This document shows positions 14,442 through 27,328 of a stretch of DNA of 64,000 bases, in pieces. Source of the stretch: Mytilus trossulus (taxonomy: Eukaryota); the NCBI RefSeq assembly GCF_036588685.1, contig NC_086376.1, positions 63,674,001 to 63,738,000 on the forward strand. The letters are read 5' to 3'. Under the pieces are notes generated by a model that saw only the letters and a list, made by a program, of their open reading frames with translations, was not told the DNA's origin and searched no databases. The position numbers were made by a program, and so were the translations under genes. Position 1 is the stretch's first letter. Each line of letters opens with the position of its first letter.

Positions 14442-14917
14442 GAAAGCCTAATTATCGATAGAGTCGGAGGAGTATCGATTGTAACTTTTTAATTCAACTT
14501 GTCATTACCAGAAATTATGAATTAACCGAGAACCGGACACATAAATTCAGGCCAAACAACTATTCCTGTCATTACGCGACCAAAACTCTTCCATCAGATT
14601 TTGCAATTTTTCAAGATTGTGAACCCAAGGAATAAAAACAATAAAAATTTTATGTTCTTTTTCTTAACTTTTCTAGCATATTAATTTTGATTTTATCAGA
14701 CATTAATTGAAATGTTGCGAAGATATGATCTGCTGAATCTAGAGTATTGATCAAACAACGCCTACAGTACATAGATAATTTTACAAGCCTCATCATTGGT
14801 CTTTGCAACCTTAGCAAATTATGGCTATTGAAATGACGTGTGATCTTCCTAAACAATAAATACAAGCCAGGTTTAGTATTCTGTCACTTTTGTTTGCTTT
14901 CAAGGAAACGGGGAACT

Positions 14918-15466
14918 ATGGAAACTTTAAATATTTTTCTTGTTATTTTTTCATTATTAGGAACAATTATAATAGCTTCATCTTCAGATGAGTCGAGTGA
15001 AAGAAAGAAAAGAGATTTAGATACTATAGATGACACGAACAATGACTTTTTAACTGCTGATAAAAGACGACCGGGTTGGGGGAAAAGAAGTTTTGACGAT
15101 GATCTTTTAAATAATTTAGATAAACGCCGACCTGGCTGGGGAAAAAGAAGTGATATGTTGTTCGATTCCGAAGAAATTGAAAAACGTGCCCCAGGTTGGG
15201 GCAAAAGGTCCAGTTCATTATATGATGTAGAAAAACGAAAACCTGGTTGGGGCAAAAGAAGCTCAGCTCTTCTTGACGATCTTAGTTTATACAACTCTAT
15301 AGTTAAACGGCGACCTGGATGGGGAAAACGATCTGACACTTTTAAAGTTGATATTCGACGACCCGGATGGGGCAAACGAACGCCAGGATGGGGAAAGCGC
15401 TCAGGACCAAATATGTGCATGGATTTGCAAGATGAAATTCTACAGTTATACAAATTACTAAACGAG
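14918..15466 (+). CDS. APGWamide: APGWamide-family neuropeptide precursor, main coding exon (183 codons)
   Basis: ATG at 14918 starts a hydrophobic signal peptide (METLNIFLVIFSLLGTIIIA). Seven X-PGW-G-KR units (RPGW x4, APGW, KPGW, TPGW) with basic cleavage sites and Gly amide donors. Acceptor ttgctttcaAG at 14903-14904; phase-0 donor GAG|GTAACT at 15467. Confidence 0.96.
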
Positions 15467-18400
15467 GTAACTATTCTTAGAATCTTGTATTGAATTGATT
15501 TATTTTATAACAAAATCAAATGTGCACGCATTTATATTTTTTAATTTCACATTTTGTTATTATTATTTTTATGATTTTCTTATGACTTTGGAGAATTAAT
15601 TCTAAGAAATATTAGAAATCTTAATCAAACAAAATTTGTTTGTGTGTTGGCTTTTTCATCATCGGATTCCTTAAGCATAATGGCAGCTAATATAGGCTAT
15701 TGACCTCTATAACTTAGGGACTGACCTTTATGTCTTGTTGTGTCGTGACATAGACAACATGCTTTGTTGAGTTAACAGTGATATTAATTCGTCGTGACGT
15801 ATGACGCTGTTTTGTTATGTACCAATTCTTAGTCTATAAATGTTCATATTAAGATTCCTTCTTAATTTAAAAAGTATTTTTCAAATGTTTCAAGGGTGTT
15901 TCCAAAATTGCAAAACACAACTTTGTATTCATTCCAAATCAACCAATCTGTGTAAAGCACTTGCTTGCATATCTTTTGCGTCCTTGAGGGGGATGCTTTT
16001 ATGTTTTTGTATGCATACAAAGTTGGAACTATTCTCTTTTAACCTACAGAAACATTTTTGCAATTTTCTTCTTAAAATTCGATGTAAAAAGATATATACA
16101 AAATATTTGTGTGGTTTTGGTAATATGCGTTCGGTTTCGCCTGCTTTATTTTCAACTGTAATATGATTTTAAACTTGGATTTCCAACTGTTCAAGTACTC
16201 CTTTATTAACTTTACTTTCTCCATTACCAAATGTCAGTTTCTTTGGGTACAAAAATACTGACTAAGCTCCGTAATAAGATAAGCCGAACGCTTCTATATT
16301 TTCGTATAGCTGTATTGTACGAGAGGTTACTATTGTATTATTCATGTAGTTTAATATTTAATAAACCAAGACAAATACACTCGCCATCAGACAGCGAATG
16401 TATAAAGACAATTTAAAAGGTTTTTTCACGTACATTGTATAATAGCCGTTAATAATTTACTTTGTCATTTGCTGTTTCATCAGGATAACAAGCCTTACAT
16501 GCTTGAAGAAGTATATTGTCTTATAAAAATGTCACTTTTAATTATCGTAATTATATAGAACATTCTACAAATGTATTCGAAAGGTCCGAAAGATTGTATA
16601 ACTGACTGTATTTGAAATATGTTATAACAAATATAGATAGCTCTTGTCCAAAATATATTGAATATACTTTATATATGATATCAAGTAAATGCCCCCACAA
16701 TAAAAATGCATAGAGATTAAACATTGTTTTGTTTTGTTTCCATAATGTAAAAAAATATATTGTGTAATCTCACACAATCTCAGCTATCATAAATATATCA
16801 TTGCAATATATAATCAATATTTTTAATATTCGTTTATTCTTATAAGCTATGTTAAAGTCGGCTCTATGTAATAGCAATAGAAATAGAATTTCTTATACCT
16901 ACTCTAGTTAATATTCGTCATATTTTAATACCAGTATATCTTGATCAATACTTACACTAATAGAACCATCCAAAGCCAAAATAAACCCAGCTACTCTTAC
17001 TTTTTGTCGAAATATAATTAAGAAGATGTGATATAAATGTCAATGAAACAACTCTCCAACCGAGCCCAACTATCGTAGAAGTTAGCAGCTATAGGTCACC
17101 GTGTGGCATTCGTTGAAGAGCAAAATCCACACCACACAACAAGCTATAACAGGCACAGATATCACAAACGTAAAAAACATTTAAACGGTAAAAGCTGGCA
17201 GCCTTATTTATGTGCTAAACAATGTACATATGTATTTGTAAATTTGTCTGATAGTCCGTCCTGTTATCTTTGTAAAACTGATATTAATTAATTTGAAATC
17301 ATTCCTTATACGAAATACCAACACAAAGTTAACAAAGTTCATAGCTCATGATTAGGATTATACGGATGTTCTTCATCTCAAGTCTAAGTAAGCTGTACAC
17401 TCGAAACAATACCGGTTTGAGCAGAATTATTCTTTTAAACGTCCATACCGCGTTTTATGTGCATTGAGAATTAAGTTTATTTTTAAAATTATTCCTAAAC
17501 TATAAGCATGATGAAGGAAAGTCAACACCGAATTGATAATATTGACCCTACAACTGCTTTTTGTAAATAAGATTCATAATCACTATCAATTCTACAAGAC
17601 AAATCGTAGCGTTGTAAACTTTAGACATTAATAGCCATATTAGGAAATTTGAACATCATTTGAATTAAGGCATACATTCTCCTTGGTATCTCTTTTATAA
17701 AAAGCATCAAGAGAATGATTTCTGGGTGTACATTTGTGTACTATTGTTTGACTAATTTTCATTTTTAGTCATGGCGTTGTCAGTTTGTTTTAGATTTATG
17801 AGTTTGACTGTCCCTTTGGTATCTTTCGTCCCTCTTTTAAGAGTAGTTCTAAATATCACATTTCTAAAAACATTTTAGTCGACACATCACATTGCACACA
17901 ACGTTTCAGTTGCATAATTTAAATCAAGGTTGTTGTTATTTTACAAATCATTATCATCAATAGTTGTTATTTTACAAATGATGAGTATTGATGGGTGATA
18001 ATAATTGAATAGTTATTTTGTTTTTATCACTTACTGATAATGATATTGTAACAATTATTGATGAGTACCGTATAATTCTGGTAAAAGTTTTATCTATCAT
18101 TTGATCTCAAATCCCATTAATATGTTTATATTATAGGACTTTCTTCACATTACTAACATTAAACATCAGTCGCGAGCCACTATGTGAACCATTGTGGCGA
18201 ATGAAGTCGGGAAAGAGCCAAACAAAGGTTTTACATTGTGTAGAGCGACAGTTAATATCATCACAAACTTTAATCTATAAATCAGAATAATGAGCATGTT
18301 CTGTTTATTAGATTTTCATAACACTTTGCTAAATCAACACAGGAGTCTCATAGATAAAATATATGATTTTAATTGCTGTTCATCATCTGAAAGACGCATT

Positions 18401-20727
18401 ACGGCACCCAAAATTGAGCAAAAGCAATCAAGTCACTGCAAGGTCAGTACAACCGTAGAACCGAGCCGAATCATTCTCTGTACAAACAAGTTGCTATAAG
18501 CAACACCACGGAACCCTATAATGGAACAGGACTCCCTTTTGCCGTGTGATCATTCATTTCTGGTAATATTCAAATTTCTCAGTCTTTAATTTTAAGACCA
18601 AATTTTTTACAATATATATATCAATCAGGAGATGAATGACGATTTAAAATCAACCCTGAATTCAAGAAAAAGACAATAAACAAAAAAAAGAGACACGAAA
18701 ACCGCTAACGAGATGCAATCTACATACAACTATAAATGTGTGAGGTAAAAGCGGTTAAGTTTTAAATATTCAAAAAGATAGTTGTAAACACTTGGTTAAT
18801 TCTGCTTCAGTCATTTGAAACCTTAACAATTGTTACAATTGTTTACGTATAAATATATATTGGTTGATTACCTTAGATTCAAATACAAAGCAATGGTCTC
18901 ATCTCGAATTACTAACATAGATTATATTGAATGCTTACGAAATAAACAGCATTTTATGGAACTGTTCATCCACCAATACAATCCCGATACTGTAAATTTA
19001 GAAATTTAGAAATTTTAGAAACCAATGCTTGCATTTATTACTGTGAATCAATGATAAGTGGCAAGAATGGCAGATGTAATTATAACAATAGAAATAATAT
19101 GTGAAAGAAAATCACCAATGAAATTACCAATGCCAGTTATTTATATTGAGAACATGCTACCGTCGGACTTTTCTCATTTATAAATGAAAACATCGCAAAC
19201 ATTTCTACATATAGCGATGTTTGTTTTGACTAAGTTTTTTGGTAGTGTTGTGTAAACTGTCAGTGTTCTGTTCCTTTGGTCAAGTGTTGTCAGTCTTTCC
19301 TTTCTTTATACTAAAATAATATTATTCAAAGAAACATAATTTCACCGAAACAATGTTGAAGATTGTTTTACAAGATTCATAACAGTGATTGCTATTAAGA
19401 ATTAGATTGTACGATGCTCAACATATGATCTGTACTGAATAACAGTATTCATTAGTCTTGTCTTGTGATAACACCTGCGTCAGAGGAAAAATGACCAAAC
19501 ACACCATAATTAAGGCTGTCGATATTTGTAAACAAATACAAATCTATCGTGAAACAAATTTTTATTTTGGTCCATGTACTTACCATTATAATTAAATTGA
19601 CATATTGAAGTAAAACTTGTAAAATTACTAGGACGTTCTCATTAAATATACAACATAAAAATTACGAACCGTTTACTTTATTGTCTCACAACATGAGAAA
19701 TAATGAACCACTCTCAAACTTAGGTTGCCAAATGTGTAAACTTAACTATTCGAAATGTAATCCAGGTATCGCTGTCGGTGAATTCAATCTCTTTGGTACC
19801 ATCCTACGTGTGCGACTCTAGTCTCCGTAAGCCAGTATTTCTGTACTGCGATTGTTCATTTTATATAAATAGGCAAACATAATGCCCCTTCAGTTTCAAA
19901 TTTTTCGGCAGTTTTTGATACTATATTTTGTAAAGGAAAGTTCTCAACCTACTAAGATTATTTGATAAGATGTTAAATCCCATATTTTATTTTTTTCATT
20001 TAGAACAAAATATACCCAAGTTTAATTAGATTAGCCAAAACACGTTAGTTTTGAATAAGAAGGAATGGATGTAAATATCTGAAGTAACTTTCATTGTGTA
20101 CAACACTAAATATATTGCATCGCCATGGTTTCGAGTCTGGTAGTATATCTACTTGAATACTGTTTCAAGACTATTACGATAAATGTGTCACCACAGCCTG
20201 TCTAATTAGCTGACAATTATAGGTTCCGATTGCTACAATTAAATTTCCTTTTAATTCTTTATAGAACTAGCTTGATTGATCGAATTCGTTATTGTAAATA
20301 CTTGAGATGACTTTGTAACAGTTCAACAAAAGGTACCAGTATTGGTAGACAACTTTACTCCTACATTTTGTTTATTTTAGAATAGGTTTTGTACATCCTT
20401 TCTTCGTATATATATAGACAAATTATTGTTCAGTTCTTCTCCTAATATTATAGAACAAAAAATATAAAAGACAACAATTAATCCTAATTGCTTACAAGAT
20501 TTCCGGTTAAGGATGATAAATATTAAAGAATATTTAAAAAGTCTGTCTTGATTGCCGTAAAAGGTGATTTAAAAGAGAAAAATTTGACGAACATACATCG
20601 TTGACCCTTCTGTAATTTAAACACGTTTCAATATGCACCTTACAATCGTTTTTTTGAACGCAGATTTATTAAGATTATGCAAACATAGACTTGCTCAAAT
20701 TCATGAAACTTTTCAATTTGCTTATAG

Positions 20728-20915
20728 ATATAGGAAGATGTGGTGTGAGTGCCAATGAGACAACTCTCCATCCAAATAACAATTTAAAAATTAAACCATT
20801 ATAGGTTAAAGTACGGCCTTCAACACGGAGCCTTCGCTCACACCGAACAACAAGCTATAAAGGGCCCCAAAATTACTAGTGTAAAACCATTCAAACGGGA
20901 AAACCAACGGTCTAT
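20728..20915 (-). mobile_element. Family A repeat in the APGWamide intron
   Basis: Reverse complement of the fixed end of 53088-53883. Confidence 0.85.
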
Positions 20916-22780
20916 TCTATGTTTGTTTGTTTATCTCATTTTTTTTTAAATTTACGAATCCTAGTCTTATTTAAGATGATAAGTGCAATTTTAAATCATC
21001 ATTATAATCAGTATAACTAAAATAGCATTTCTATAGTATCATGTATATTCACGCCAAGTTTTCTGTAAAGAGTCACATGTGTGTTTCACAAACTTTGATT
21101 TGATTTTTCTTCTCGCAGTGCGAAAAGTATATTGTTCTTTACACTAACCACGATTGTAATAAATTTTAAAGGCAGAATAAATCAACGCATTCAACAATTT
21201 TCTTCCATTTACCACCTTCTTTGTACCTCTCCAAGTATTTTGTCTTTTTCGTAGTTTTGATATATTGTTGAATTCTATTATTTCAAACTCCAAATCTTGA
21301 GGCACGCACTCACATTTAAATAATTAAAGTGTGTAAACATTAATTTTGACACAGCTTATTTAGCTAATGCGTAGTGAAAATTAAAACAAAATCTCCAAAG
21401 CCATTTTCATTTTGACGAAAGGATAATATTTATCTTCATTATCATCTACAAGTTCATTTCGCCTTTAATGTAATCCTAAACAACATGAAAGGATAAAATA
21501 TTCATCAATACAAGGAAACAACACCAGCAGGTGAATAGTGGGAAGGTTAAACTTTTAGTTTATGAAAAAAATCTTGACTCTATCACATCATAGATAATTG
21601 ACTCTGTTCAATTCTTTGCTTGCAATCTGCAATGAATTAATATCTATCAGTGAGTTTTTAGCTATTATATAATGCATGTCAAAAGGCATGAAAAGAGTCT
21701 TTCCCTGCTTGATAAATTAGTTTATCATCCTTTGCATATTGAATATGTTCTTCCCTATCATGATGAATGGAAACGATGACTGCTTTCAAACGTGTCAAAC
21801 ATTTGTATAATCATAAATTTCTTTGATTCTCACAGATTTCTGCAATCTTTGACACCGTATTTTCAATTTTACTTAGAGGAGTTTAGGCTTTTCCCCCATG
21901 AACTGTCAATCAATCTGGTAACTAGACACTAAGATATCCTCCGTGGACCGCGCCATTAGTGACTTGATATATCTAATTTTAAAAGAAATTGACGCGCGTT
22001 AATAAAGATAAGAATAGGACTTAACAGTACCGGTCTATAATTGTTTCTTAGTAATTACTCTTTGTTACAATACATGCCTTATTAATTGTCATTCATTTGA
22101 TTTCTCAGTCAATTTGATGTCAATATGTTCCATCACATCCTTGAATCATCGGAATATAAAATGTAATGTGGGATAACAAGCTATCAATGTTTTCCTTATT
22201 AAATTTGCATTAATGTTCTTATGCATAGCGAAACATACTAGTCGGTCGTCTTTTAGCATGTTATACGATAAATAAAATTTACAAGTTCTATTTCCAGAAA
22301 ATTTGCTGAAATATCAAAAATGGTAATTGTATCAAAGGACAGTTAAAAAGAGAAAATATATAAAATAAACTAAAAGTGTGTCGTGAAAGATTGTAAAAAC
22401 TGATTTTCAAGGATAACAAAATTAATCAAGAATTTATTCCGTTATAAATGTATCATTACCATATACGATATATTTACTTAAAAGAGTTATCCATTGTATT
22501 TTTAATATTTTCGAAAATGATTTGAATTATGCGGATACATTTTCTGTGGTTTATTAAATGTCTATTGTAATATAACGTTTTTAAATGAAATTCCATATCA
22601 AAAGACTTATAGATTTTACGGCTAACTATGCGGTACATCTTTTACTCATCGTTGAAGTCCAAAAGGTTACCCCTAGTTGTGTGACCACTCAAAGATTGTC
22701 CATAGCGTATACCGCATTCAAGACAATAAAATGTTCAGTTGTTTTGCGCAAGCATTAACTATTTTGTATTTTTATTTCAG

Positions 22781-22822
22781 GCTGAGAAATTACATAGTGA
22801 ATGTGAAGCCCTCAATATATGA
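22781..22822 (+). CDS. APGWamide: APGWamide precursor, last coding exon (AEKLHSECEALNI*)
   Basis: Strong acceptor ttttgtatttttatttcAG at 22779-22780. Phase 0 matches the 15466 donor. Supplies the second Cys of the C-terminal peptide and gives a 196-aa precursor. Followed by a possible donor AAG|GTTGGT at 22831. Confidence 0.85.
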   Translation, partial: AEKLHSECEALNI

Positions 22823-24475
22823 TGTTAAAGGTTGGTATTTTACAAATAAAAAATATAAAGGTGATAAACTCCTGGCTTCTGCTTCATTATTATCAAAACG
22901 CATTTTGTTTATAAGAAGGAGAACTATGCAGAAAGAAAAGCAAAACAAAACAGAAAGACACAATTACTGCACACTTCTTTAGTGTTGCTGTCTAATTGAT
23001 ATTTATCTCTTTTGCCCTGTTATTCATATGCAGACTCGAGTTGCTTCCTTGCTGGAACAGTCTCTCTTCCGGTCTAAGATTTGGAAAATATTTTTAATTA
23101 TATATTATGCAACGAATATAATTTCCATATCAGATGTAAAGTTTAATTTAGTAAAATAACCAAGAGTAGGAAATATAAGTGGACGAGATAATAATCTATA
23201 TTGTGAGAAGCTGATACTTGTATTGAATGGGTACCAAAATTATGAGCTAATAACATCTCGTAGTGTGTAGATACACGTGAATGAAATAAACTGCACCATT
23301 ATCAACCCATTCATTTATACTAATAATTAATATGTTTACACTGTTAATTTGGGAGAAAACAATAGTGATAACGATAAAAATTGACATTGAATAATTCTTT
23401 CGTTGGCGTTTACAAAATATCAAAAACAAAAACAACATATGTCAGTTAATTTGATATGATGACTGGACGACAGACATATTGAAGAATTATTAATCTAATT
23501 TATAAGTACAATATGCATGCCCACTTCTTAAAGTTCTTTTGAATCTTTCACTAACAAATATCTTATCTTTGTACTGATGTCATCTTTGCATTCAGACAGA
23601 TTATTTCTCTTATGAATGTGTGGTATTTAAAGAAATTAATGTATAAGCTGACATAGTAACATAGTCGAAAACCAGGAAAAAAACAGTAATATCTTCCATC
23701 TGAAAGAATAAAATAGATATCAATACACAAATGGGATGTTATACAATAATAAAGCTAGAAACCTCCACCGCTAATTGTGAACAAACCTAACGGAAGATAT
23801 TCATCATCACCATAGGAATAATATGTCAAATGAATGTAACATTTTCATCTGAACTTCAGAGTAAGAGGACAAACACATGATTGATTTAGGCAAATATTTT
23901 ATTGTTACGTGATGGCAATATTAATGCTCATTTCACTAAAATTTGCAAATATAATCTCGACTTGAATTGAACAGAGAACAATTGTGAGTTATAACGGACT
24001 AAAGATAAAACGATAGGCATAAAGTTAAGGACACTTAGTCTGGGGAAATACATATTAAATAATAAAATTGGAAAATTTAATTTCAGTTTCTTTCCTGACT
24101 ATTTATAACAAAGGAATACGCTAATTCTACTTGTATTGTATTTTTTCCTGTTTTCTCGTTCTACAAGTATTTATGTAAACTCAAAGGTAGGATAGTCATC
24201 CATAAAAATCCCACTTTAAGCTTTTTAATTTGATCTAATATGTTAATATAACGAAAAGATACAGAATGTATCGACGCTGCACACTAAATAGGGAAAAAAA
24301 GGCTGAGAGTGCATTTAATACTTGAATTAGATATATGAATAATGCCATGGTTAGATTTTTGCGTAAAAATATGCATTGCAGTTAATCAAATTTCGACTTG
24401 GTGTGTTTCACAGTAAAAGTATGAAGACCAATATTTCAATGTTATATGATTTTATTTTTCCATTTTTTATTTCAG

Positions 24476-24745
24476 ACATTCACCAAAAGGGAACATCTTC
24501 GTACGATCACAGTCATGGATATTCATCATTTACACCATTGAAATCAACATTCCACAGTTTTATTGCCATGATCATTTCTAAGTTGCCACTGTTGACAATA
24601 ATAAACATAACCTGAGAGGGTAAATAATACCAAAATTTGGTCCAACTATTGTTAGACGGTTTGGATTGACTGCTACCTGTTTTATGTAATGATGTACTTT
24701 CAAAAAGTACAACTCAAAAATAAAATGTTCTATATTATAAAAAGT
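24476..24745 (+). other. Candidate non-coding terminal (3' UTR) exon of the APGWamide gene
   Basis: Long pyrimidine tract plus ttcAG at 24474-24475; AATAAA at about 24719-24724 followed by GT/T-rich sequence; would pair with the donor at 22831. Confidence 0.45.
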
Positions 24746-25900
24746 CTGTTGTTTTTATGTTTGGAGATCGTATATTCTGTATATGTTTTTGTACTTCTGG
24801 TACAATTTCAGTGTCATACAATGCCAACGATTGGCGTTGTCGTCCGTCGAATACTATCAACAACTTTTACTCTTGAAACACAACGGATAAATATTTTGAA
24901 ACTTAGCAGCAATGGTATATGGTATTTCTTAGAATAACTATCCTCATTATGATTTTAATGGATTCGTTTGTCTCGTGTTTCAAAACTTCTAAGCAGTTCG
25001 AGCAAAACTGAAAAAAGGAAATTTCTGTATATTCCTGGTGGTTTTTTTATTGACAACCTTTTCGTCCCTTGAATGCCAGTTTTTAGAACAGTTTTACAAT
25101 TATTTATCATTATCTTGAAACTATAAATCAAAATGGCTGAAATCGTCTATCGACTCCTAATTATTGATATAACGTTGAAAACTTGTACTATGAATATAAA
25201 GTTTCATTTCACCTATTATGCATTTTTGGCAAAAGCAGTATGAAGTCGTTGCAGAAAGCTGTAAAGAGATAAAACGATTAGCAAGACCATAATTGTCTTT
25301 TTAATATTCTCCAAGTGAATTTGAATTAAACACAGCTACACAAATAATGCAGGATGGTTTTGAAGTATAGATTCCAGGAACACGTCTGTACCGAGTAAGA
25401 AATAAGACAGTTAATATGCATTTGGTTTTTTTTTCTGTTTGGGCTTTGGCCTTGCAATTGTATCAGGGCTGTCCGTTTTAAATTTTCCTTTCATTTTTTT
25501 TTTTTAATTATACTTTTTACAATCTGATTTCCTCAGTGTGTGAAATATTGCTGTCACGTTTGTTTATTATTCTAATATGACGTTCTTATTACGCTTTGTT
25601 AACAACGCCGTGTTCTAATAAGCACACAAAATATGTTTGACAAATGCGCACGGACTTACTGTTTATATTAACGTTATTTCCATCGTTATCCTTTTAAATA
25701 TTTACATTTAAGCAGCTAACATAAACTTTTATTATATATTTTTATCAAACAACATATATTTGCCCTGCTTTTTAGACTTATCAAATATGAAATGTAATAT
25801 ACAGACTCCTCAGGGAGGACACGAGAACAGCCAAACATTCTTACGGTATTTTCGTACGCTTCGATCTATAAATATATTGTATTTGTCATATTAGAATCGC

Positions 25901-26058
25901 AATAATTCCTTCATGTCATGCTCTATGCTCATTTAACCATGGGTAGGCATTATTTTTGACCACATTTTACACCTCGCTAACGCTCAGTGTAAAATATCGA
26001 CAAATATAATACCTACCCATGTTAAAATGAGCATAGAGCATGACATGAAGAAATTATT
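25901..26058. mobile_element. Fold-back (palindromic) MITE
   Basis: aataattccttcatgtcatgctctatgctcattt...aaatgagcatagagcatgacatgaagaaattatt; inverted arms of about 70 bp. Confidence 0.85.
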
Positions 26059-26282
26059 TCTTAATTTTGATGGTTCAAATGTTTACCAGGTGATCGAATC
26101 AGGACCCAAGTAGCCTCTGGTCCTTTCCCTATTCATTTGAAGGTCATCATATTCAATTAGAAGTTTACTTCTATAATTCATTATTTAAATCGGGGTTTTT
26201 TTTTTTTTCGTTCAAACTTCATGGCACTTATTTTGTAGTTTGATAAGTTTTAAAAAAAAATTGTGTACTTTTATGTGTCTTT

Positions 26283-26532
26283 AAAAGAGGGACGAAAGAT
26301 ACCAAAGGGACAGTCAAACTCGTAAATCTAAAACAATGGACAGTCAAACTCAGAAATCTAAACTAAACTGACAACGCCATGGCTAAAAATGAAAAAGACA
26401 AACAGACAAACATTAGTACACATGACACAACACAGAAAACTAAATATTAACAACACGAACTCCACAAAAAGCTAGGGGTGATCTCAGGTGCTCCGGAAGG
26501 GTAATCAGATCCTGCTCCACATGTGGTACCCG
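26283..26532. mobile_element. Dispersed repeat family B (aaaagagggacgaaagataccaaagggacagtcaaactc...)
   Basis: Inverted copies at 17735-17838, 43230-43341, 3084-3120; diverged copies at ~10260-10383 and ~57040-57132. Confidence 0.8.
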
Positions 26533-27033
26533 TTCTTTGTTTTCCCCGTAGCATTGTTAATTTGTTATATCTGATAAGTTTGTATATCCCAACTAGTATC
26601 TTTTGTCTTTCTCTTTTGTAGCGTTACGTTTGATTATGACATGCAATATAATTTCAAGGATTATATAACGAAATAAGAGTTTTATTGAAAATCGGTATCC
26701 ACTTATTACTATCTTCATTTTCATTAAAAAAAATGTGCACCTTACTTTTTTGCTATTGTTCCTTTTCGTTGGTCTTGATTTTTACATAGTTATCTTCTGA
26801 TGACCCCGGTATGGACATTTTCAAAATTAAAATCGATTGTTTTCAATGATACCCATAATTGACAAGTGCATACACATTTGCGACTACTGGTCCGCTAATA
26901 TTTGTCATATATGTTAATCATTTTAGTTTCCTGATAAAAAAAAATCCTATTTATATTATGCTTTCTTATTCTAAAATTTGTAACCCTTCTGTAGTTTATG
27001 CAAAAAAATACAGTCAAGCCTCATTAGCCAATA

Positions 27034-27200
27034 CACCTTATCGCTATTTATCCGCCATTACTGGACATCACACAAGTTCCCGTAAAATTTTGACGTCATA
27101 AAAGAGATATCTGACGCCACAATGGAAAAGAGATTGTTGTATGACGTCGAAAGTTCAAGCGGGACAGATTCTCGGGTCAAGCGGGAATAGCGATAAGGTG
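27034..27200. mobile_element. TA-flanked MITE with TIR CACCTTATCGCTATT
   Basis: TA|CACCTTATCGCTATT ... AATAGCGATAAGGTG|TA. Confidence 0.88.
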
Positions 27201-27273
27201 TATAGTTTTTATCCTAATAAAAGTTTATCCTTTCTGCATTCAGCAAACACAAGAATTGATATTATAGATTATC

Positions 27274-27328
27274 GTAGCTGCATGTAGCTGCATGTACCTG
27301 CATGTAGCCGCATCTAGCTGCATTTAGC
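27274..27328. repeat. 10-bp tandem repeat x~5
   Basis: (gtagctgcat)n. Confidence 0.9.

Noticed and set aside
14840-14917. N-terminal extension of ORF 14840..15493
   Set aside because: Starts at GTG and crosses the splice acceptor at 14904; the signal peptide starts at ATG 14918.
14884-15453. 189-aa antisense ORF with PQPG/PHPG repeats
   Set aside because: Mirror of the repetitive PGWGKR codons on the opposite strand; no independent gene signals.
22677-22982. 101-aa ORF
   Set aside because: Overlaps the real last APGWamide coding exon in a different frame; no domain.
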